Source of the DNA: Hemiscyllium ocellatum
Taxonomy: Eukaryota
Reading direction: 5' to 3'
Length of the DNA: 64,000 bases
Assembly: GCF_020745735.1 (NCBI RefSeq)
Contig: NC_083438.1
Coordinates: 32,238,443-32,302,442, forward strand
This document shows positions 59,701 through 64,000 of this stretch, one piece after another (position 1 is the stretch's first letter; each line of letters starts with the position of its first letter). The position numbers and the translations under genes were made by a program. The notes under the pieces are model-generated. The model made no database searches and had not been told where the DNA came from. It worked only from the letters and a program-made list of their open reading frames with translations.

Positions 59701-60275
59701 GTTTCAGAGCCTGGCCTGTTAATGACCCCTCTGAAAAAAATCCAGGTACACAGTATCTTTGAGAAAAGGAACAGCTTTTCGGATAAAAGGAACAGTTTTG
59801 TGACAGATTTCCCACTCGTCTTAGTATTGCTGGATTTCTGTGAGGGTAGTAACGGTACAATTTTCACAGAACACTCTGGTTAGGAAACTGATGGGATTGG
59901 GAGCAGTAGTTGGGAGTAATCAGTTCCACCCAATCCCATGACTTTCCCAAACAGCCATTTTTTTAAAAAAAATTCCAGCTAAATTCCAGATGCCGTTGGG
60001 TTTGAATGAACAGAGACTGCTGCTGGTCAGTGTCTAGTTCGCTCTATAGAAAAGCATGTATCAATTCCATTGTGGGGCAATGTGTGTGTGCAACGAGCTG
60101 TGGGATGGTCTGGTGTGAGAGATTATTCGGATCTAACCTCCCACATCTCTCCAGGACTAGAATTAACCAGGGATCTGTTTGTACTGGGGCTAGCTCTGAA
60201 ACACTAGGTGCTGAAGGTCTCTGCTGTTAGTTTTGTTTGTGTCCTAGTCTGTTAATGGCTTCATTCTGTTTCTAG

Positions 60276-60372
60276 ATACTGGACTGTCTGGTGATCTAAA
60301 AACTGCAATTGCTTTTGCAATTTTCTTTATGAGCGTTTATGTTGCTGTCATAGCCAATTCCTTAATAAGACG
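60276..60372 (+). CDS. IgV membrane protein exon 5, transmembrane (DTGLSGDLKTAIAFAIFFMSVYVAVIANSLIR)
   Basis: TTCTGTTTCTAG acceptor, GTGAGT donor, 97 nt phase 1 to 2; ~22 hydrophobic residues followed by RR. Confidence 0.82.
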
Positions 60373-62350
60373 GTGAGTTATAGAACATTCTGAAGCTCTT
60401 ATCGTTAATTCTAGTTTTATTTCATTACATCTTATATTGTGAACATGTGCACCAATACATTGAGCTTAGTGGATGATGCTGCAAAATGTCTATTTTGCCA
60501 TCAAAGACAAAGAAATCCCTTTGGAATCAAGCTTCCCGTTCTTTAGTCTGACCCAACCCTCCTTGGATCTATTCCTCAAGACTAATGGAGTCTCTGAAAC
60601 ATTTCTGTAGTTTGTTTCACATAGTAACGCATGATATTTTCTTCAGAGGATCTCTAATCGTGAAGGCAAGTTGTTATTTTTCTATTTGTTTGGTGCCTCA
60701 ATCAACACCAGTCCTGTGAAGTATCCAGCTATTGCCCATTGCCTCCCTCCCATCTCAGCCTCCTCCTCTCTATAGTCTGTGCTCCATCACCATGCAGCAC
60801 CTGGCACCCACTGGTCCCCTAGATTGTGAATGAAATTTTAATGGGGCTGCGTTAGGTAAGCATGCAGGGAAGAGGCCACAAAGGCTCTAGCACAATGTCT
60901 ACAAATGATTGGAAAATAAGTGGCAGACTATAATGTGGGAACATGAGGTTAACAAGATAAAAGCAGAATGTCATTTCAAAGCTGTTCCGAGACGAGGAGT
61001 CAGATGGACAAAATTAGCATGCACACACATTATCCAGTTTTGAAACCAAATAGCATGTTGACTGTTATTGCAAGGGACTTGTAGTACATGAATGAGCAAG
61101 TCTTGGGATAAGGCTTTGGTGAGACAACCTGGAGTTACTTGCAGTTTTTATCTTGAATATTCAAGGAAGTACGTACTTGTATTGGAGAAAGCCTAGTGAA
61201 AGCTCAGAAGATTGGTGTCTGATAGGTGGGGATTGTCCAGTGATAAGGTAGAGGAAATGACACTTATTTGCTGGTGTTTAGTAAATGATATTGTTACTGA
61301 AAGGTCACCATTGTCTGCTCACTCACTCTGAAATGTCCCCTCTAGATGTAACATTTGCTGTGGGTCTCCGTGACTCAACAGGTAGTATCTTGACCTACAG
61401 ATCTTAAATTGTTACCTCCATCCTGAATGATTAGTAACAAAGCTCTCTTAGACATTGCCACCATTTGAAGGGAGCCTTTATGTCCTCTTTATAGAGTTTT
61501 CATGTCCTCCCCTGGCCCTTTTGACATTTGAGAAAACAGGACTTGGCAGGGCAGCAGCTTTTCAGTGATCCAGACAGTGTCCAGTCTACTGTTAATTATT
61601 TTGCAGGAATCTTGCCTGTGGAGCTTGCTTCAAGGGGGTCACTTCCCCCAGTTTACACTCGAGATCTCACCTCAATCCCCAGTCTCAGCAGCATGGACTC
61701 ACAAAAATATACAAGTACCCACGTGGGAAAAGTTTGAGAAGGACTGTTACCATGCTGTATCTGTTGCCATAAAGATAGTTACGATTATTACATTCCAGAA
61801 GTTGGGAGGAAGGATTGTGAGGGTTGGTGGAAGAGTTCTGTCCAAACTTCTACTGAATCACCTCCATTATATTTATACATATCCATCCTTAAATATGAGG
61901 AGACCAAAACTGCACAGGGTATTCCACATGTGGTCACACCAATGCCTTGCATAACTGAAGCATAAAATTAATCCCATAAGATAGTATCCCATTAAATTTA
62001 CTTGCTGTGTCTCTATAACAATTTTTTTGTCACTTATACCAGAATGCCTATATCCCTCTGAATTCTGCAGTCATTCTGTGCAAATATTGTTGCACTTTTT
62101 TCTTTCATCCCACCAAACTTAATAACTTAATTTCCCAGGTTACATTCCATCTGTCAGATTTTTGCCCACTCACTTAACCCATCTACATAGATATGCCACC
62201 TGCTTATGTCTTCAACATATTTTTATGCCTATCGTGATGTCACTTAACATCTAAAGATAGTAGGAAAGTTGAGGGGCTAAATGGCCTAATTAAATTTACA
62301 TTGCAAATTATATTAACATAATATTTAATCTGTTGGTTTCTCTATCCTAG

Positions 62351-62516
62351 TAACTGTAACAAAAAGCAGGTCAGCAGCACTCCAAATGAAGCACCAAATG
62401 ATGACCCTTTGAGAGAGGTGATCTGTACACAGAGCCTTGTGCCAACAGCACCTGAGCATCAGGATGGAGCGTCTGGAGAACAAAACCTTCTGGGGAACGG
62501 GGCTGTCCAGTACTGA
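62351..62516 (+). CDS. IgV membrane protein exon 6, cytoplasmic tail to stop (NCNKKQVSSTPNEAPNDDPLREVICTQSLVPTAPEHQDGASGEQNLLGNGAVQY*)
   Basis: TTTCTCTATCCTAG acceptor; phase 2 gives an open frame to TGA 62514-16; total CDS 726 nt = 241 aa. Confidence 0.72.
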
Positions 62517-62832
62517 GCTTTCATTGTACTGAGCCTGGCTTGGGAGGGGAGGGGAGGAGAGGAATCAGCCCAGTGTTGTGGAGATTATTTCTGGTGGAAA
62601 GCCTGAGCTCAAAGTTAGGATCAACAATCGCTTGCCACTTTGCTCAAATATTTCCAAGATTGAGCTGCTCAGGAGAGAAATGCCAAATTGAAGTATTATT
62701 TTACTTGGAAAGCTGTCGAAGTATTTTATACTGTATTATACCTGTGTTATTACAGACTGTGTCCAAACCAGTTTCTGGGTTCACCTATAGCTTTGCAATC
62801 CTAACTCTACCCCAATACTGATCCTGTGAGAT

Positions 62833-62838
62833 AATAAA
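62833..62838 (+). terminator. Candidate polyadenylation signal of the IgV gene (AATAAA; ATTAAA alternative at 63300-63305)
   Basis: Hexamer ~320 nt after the stop in an AT-rich 3'UTR. Confidence 0.35.
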
Positions 62839-63619
62839 TAATTTCCTTATTCTTAATTACTAACTTGTTCCCAGTGAGTGATGCTGCAAGGGCCCCATTT
62901 ATTGTCCATGCAAACTTGACCTACTACCGTGGGGAACATTTGAAGAGGGTTCAGAAACTCTCTGTAGCAGCTTCTTTTGGACAAAGCCAGGAACTATATT
63001 ATTGCCAGCAACAGGTCTATTGGCCAAAAACCATGAAAAATTATATTTTCAGAGATATTATTTCACACCCCTTAAGCAGATGAGATTTTAGTGTGATTCC
63101 TCACTCAAAGATAGTGATAATACCACAACACACCACTATCCTTTTGAATCATATCTTGTTTATTTGAAATTTCTTTTTGAAATCAAACAACTTTTTGTAT
63201 TTGCCAATTGATAAATACATTGTTTTGTAAATATTTTAGTGTGATTATGTATTTCCAGCTTCCACTGTCTTGCCTTGCTGTGTTTTGCTCCAAGATGCAA
63301 TTAAAGAGATGATATTAGTAGGTCTACAGTCTGATGTTTAATGAATCTGTTGATCACTGCATGAACAGAGGGGCTGTTGTCTACAGGCAGTAGGTCCCTG
63401 ACTATGACTTGGAGTGAAGAGAATTTGCTGAAGACTAGGATCAGTGATTGTAGGAATCTCATTCTGGCAGTTGAGGGAAGGATGGCAGGAGATGTGCAGT
63501 CATCAAATGCTCAATGCTTAGCACTATTCACAACTTCAGATACTGAAGCAGTCTGTATTCAAACGCAACAAGATTTGTATCAGATCTGGTCTTGAACTGA
63601 TGAAGTGGCAAGTAACATT

Positions 63620-64000
63620 TGTGCATGGCACCCCCTGGTTAGCACTGCTGCCTCACAGCTCCAGGGACCTCGGCTCAATTCCACCCTTAGGTGACTGTCT
63701 GTGTGGAATTTATATACATTCTCCATATCTCCATGAGTTTCTACTAAATGCTCCGGTTTCCTCTCTCACTTCAACAGTGGGTAGATTTAGATTTTAGATT
63801 AGATTACAGTGTGGAAACAGGCCCTGCGGCCCAACAAGTCCACACCGACCTGCCAAAGCGCAACCCACCCAGACCCATTCCCCTACATTTACCCCTTCAC
63901 CTAACACTATGGGCAATTTAGCATAGCTAATTCACCTAACCTGCACATTTTTGGATTGTGGGAGGAAACCCACACAGACACTGGGAGAATGTGCAAACAC
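63620..64000. mobile_element. Partial HE1 SINE (+, ~63620-63775) facing an HE1 SINE (-, ~63785-64000)
   Basis: HE1 head on +, HE1 tail and core on -. Confidence 0.8.

Noticed and set aside
56245-60275. Search for an IgC exon between the IgV and TM exons
   Set aside because: Only TE remnants and the 39-nt stalk exon found; no C-x-W-x-C phase-1 exon.
1-64000. CRISPR arrays, rRNA genes, prokaryotic operons
   Set aside because: Eukaryotic intron-exon DNA; no repeat-spacer arrays or rRNA motifs seen.

Overview
Vertebrate genomic DNA, most likely from a shark or other elasmobranch, judged from abundant HE1-type tRNA SINEs, CR1 LINEs and Penelope-like elements (PLEs). Two spliced host genes lie head-to-head. 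(1) HAUS5 (augmin subunit 5) is on the minus strand: 13 phase-consistent GT-AG coding exons, 442 codons, from the ATG at 22586 down to 1470, with the gene continuing off the left edge and a CpG-rich promoter at about 23.0-23.2 kb. (2) A six-exon plus-strand gene (46535-62516) encodes a 241-aa type I membrane protein: signal peptide, one B7/butyrophilin-like IgV domain, short stalk, TM and a ~55-aa tail. Tandem GAAA (IRF/ISRE-like) motifs surround its first exon. Most of the rest is retroelement DNA. Highlights: a complete TSD-flanked L1-derived element with 5'UTR, intact ORF1 and poly(A) but no ORF2 (51331-52976), whose 3' end matches a young 5'-truncated L1 with an uninterrupted RT ORF (23353-25997); several sequence families of minimal hammerhead-ribozyme motifs in PLE ends, two with intact cores in the sense strand of host introns; repeated inverted PLE-end pairs; a Mutator-like MITE with a 9-bp TSD; a relic TTCAATAA array broken by four co-oriented LINE insertions; and a G-rich VNTR that reads in frame into HAUS5 exon 3. 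All homology calls come from motif recognition and recall; no searches were run. Repeat boundaries are approximate unless a TSD is given.
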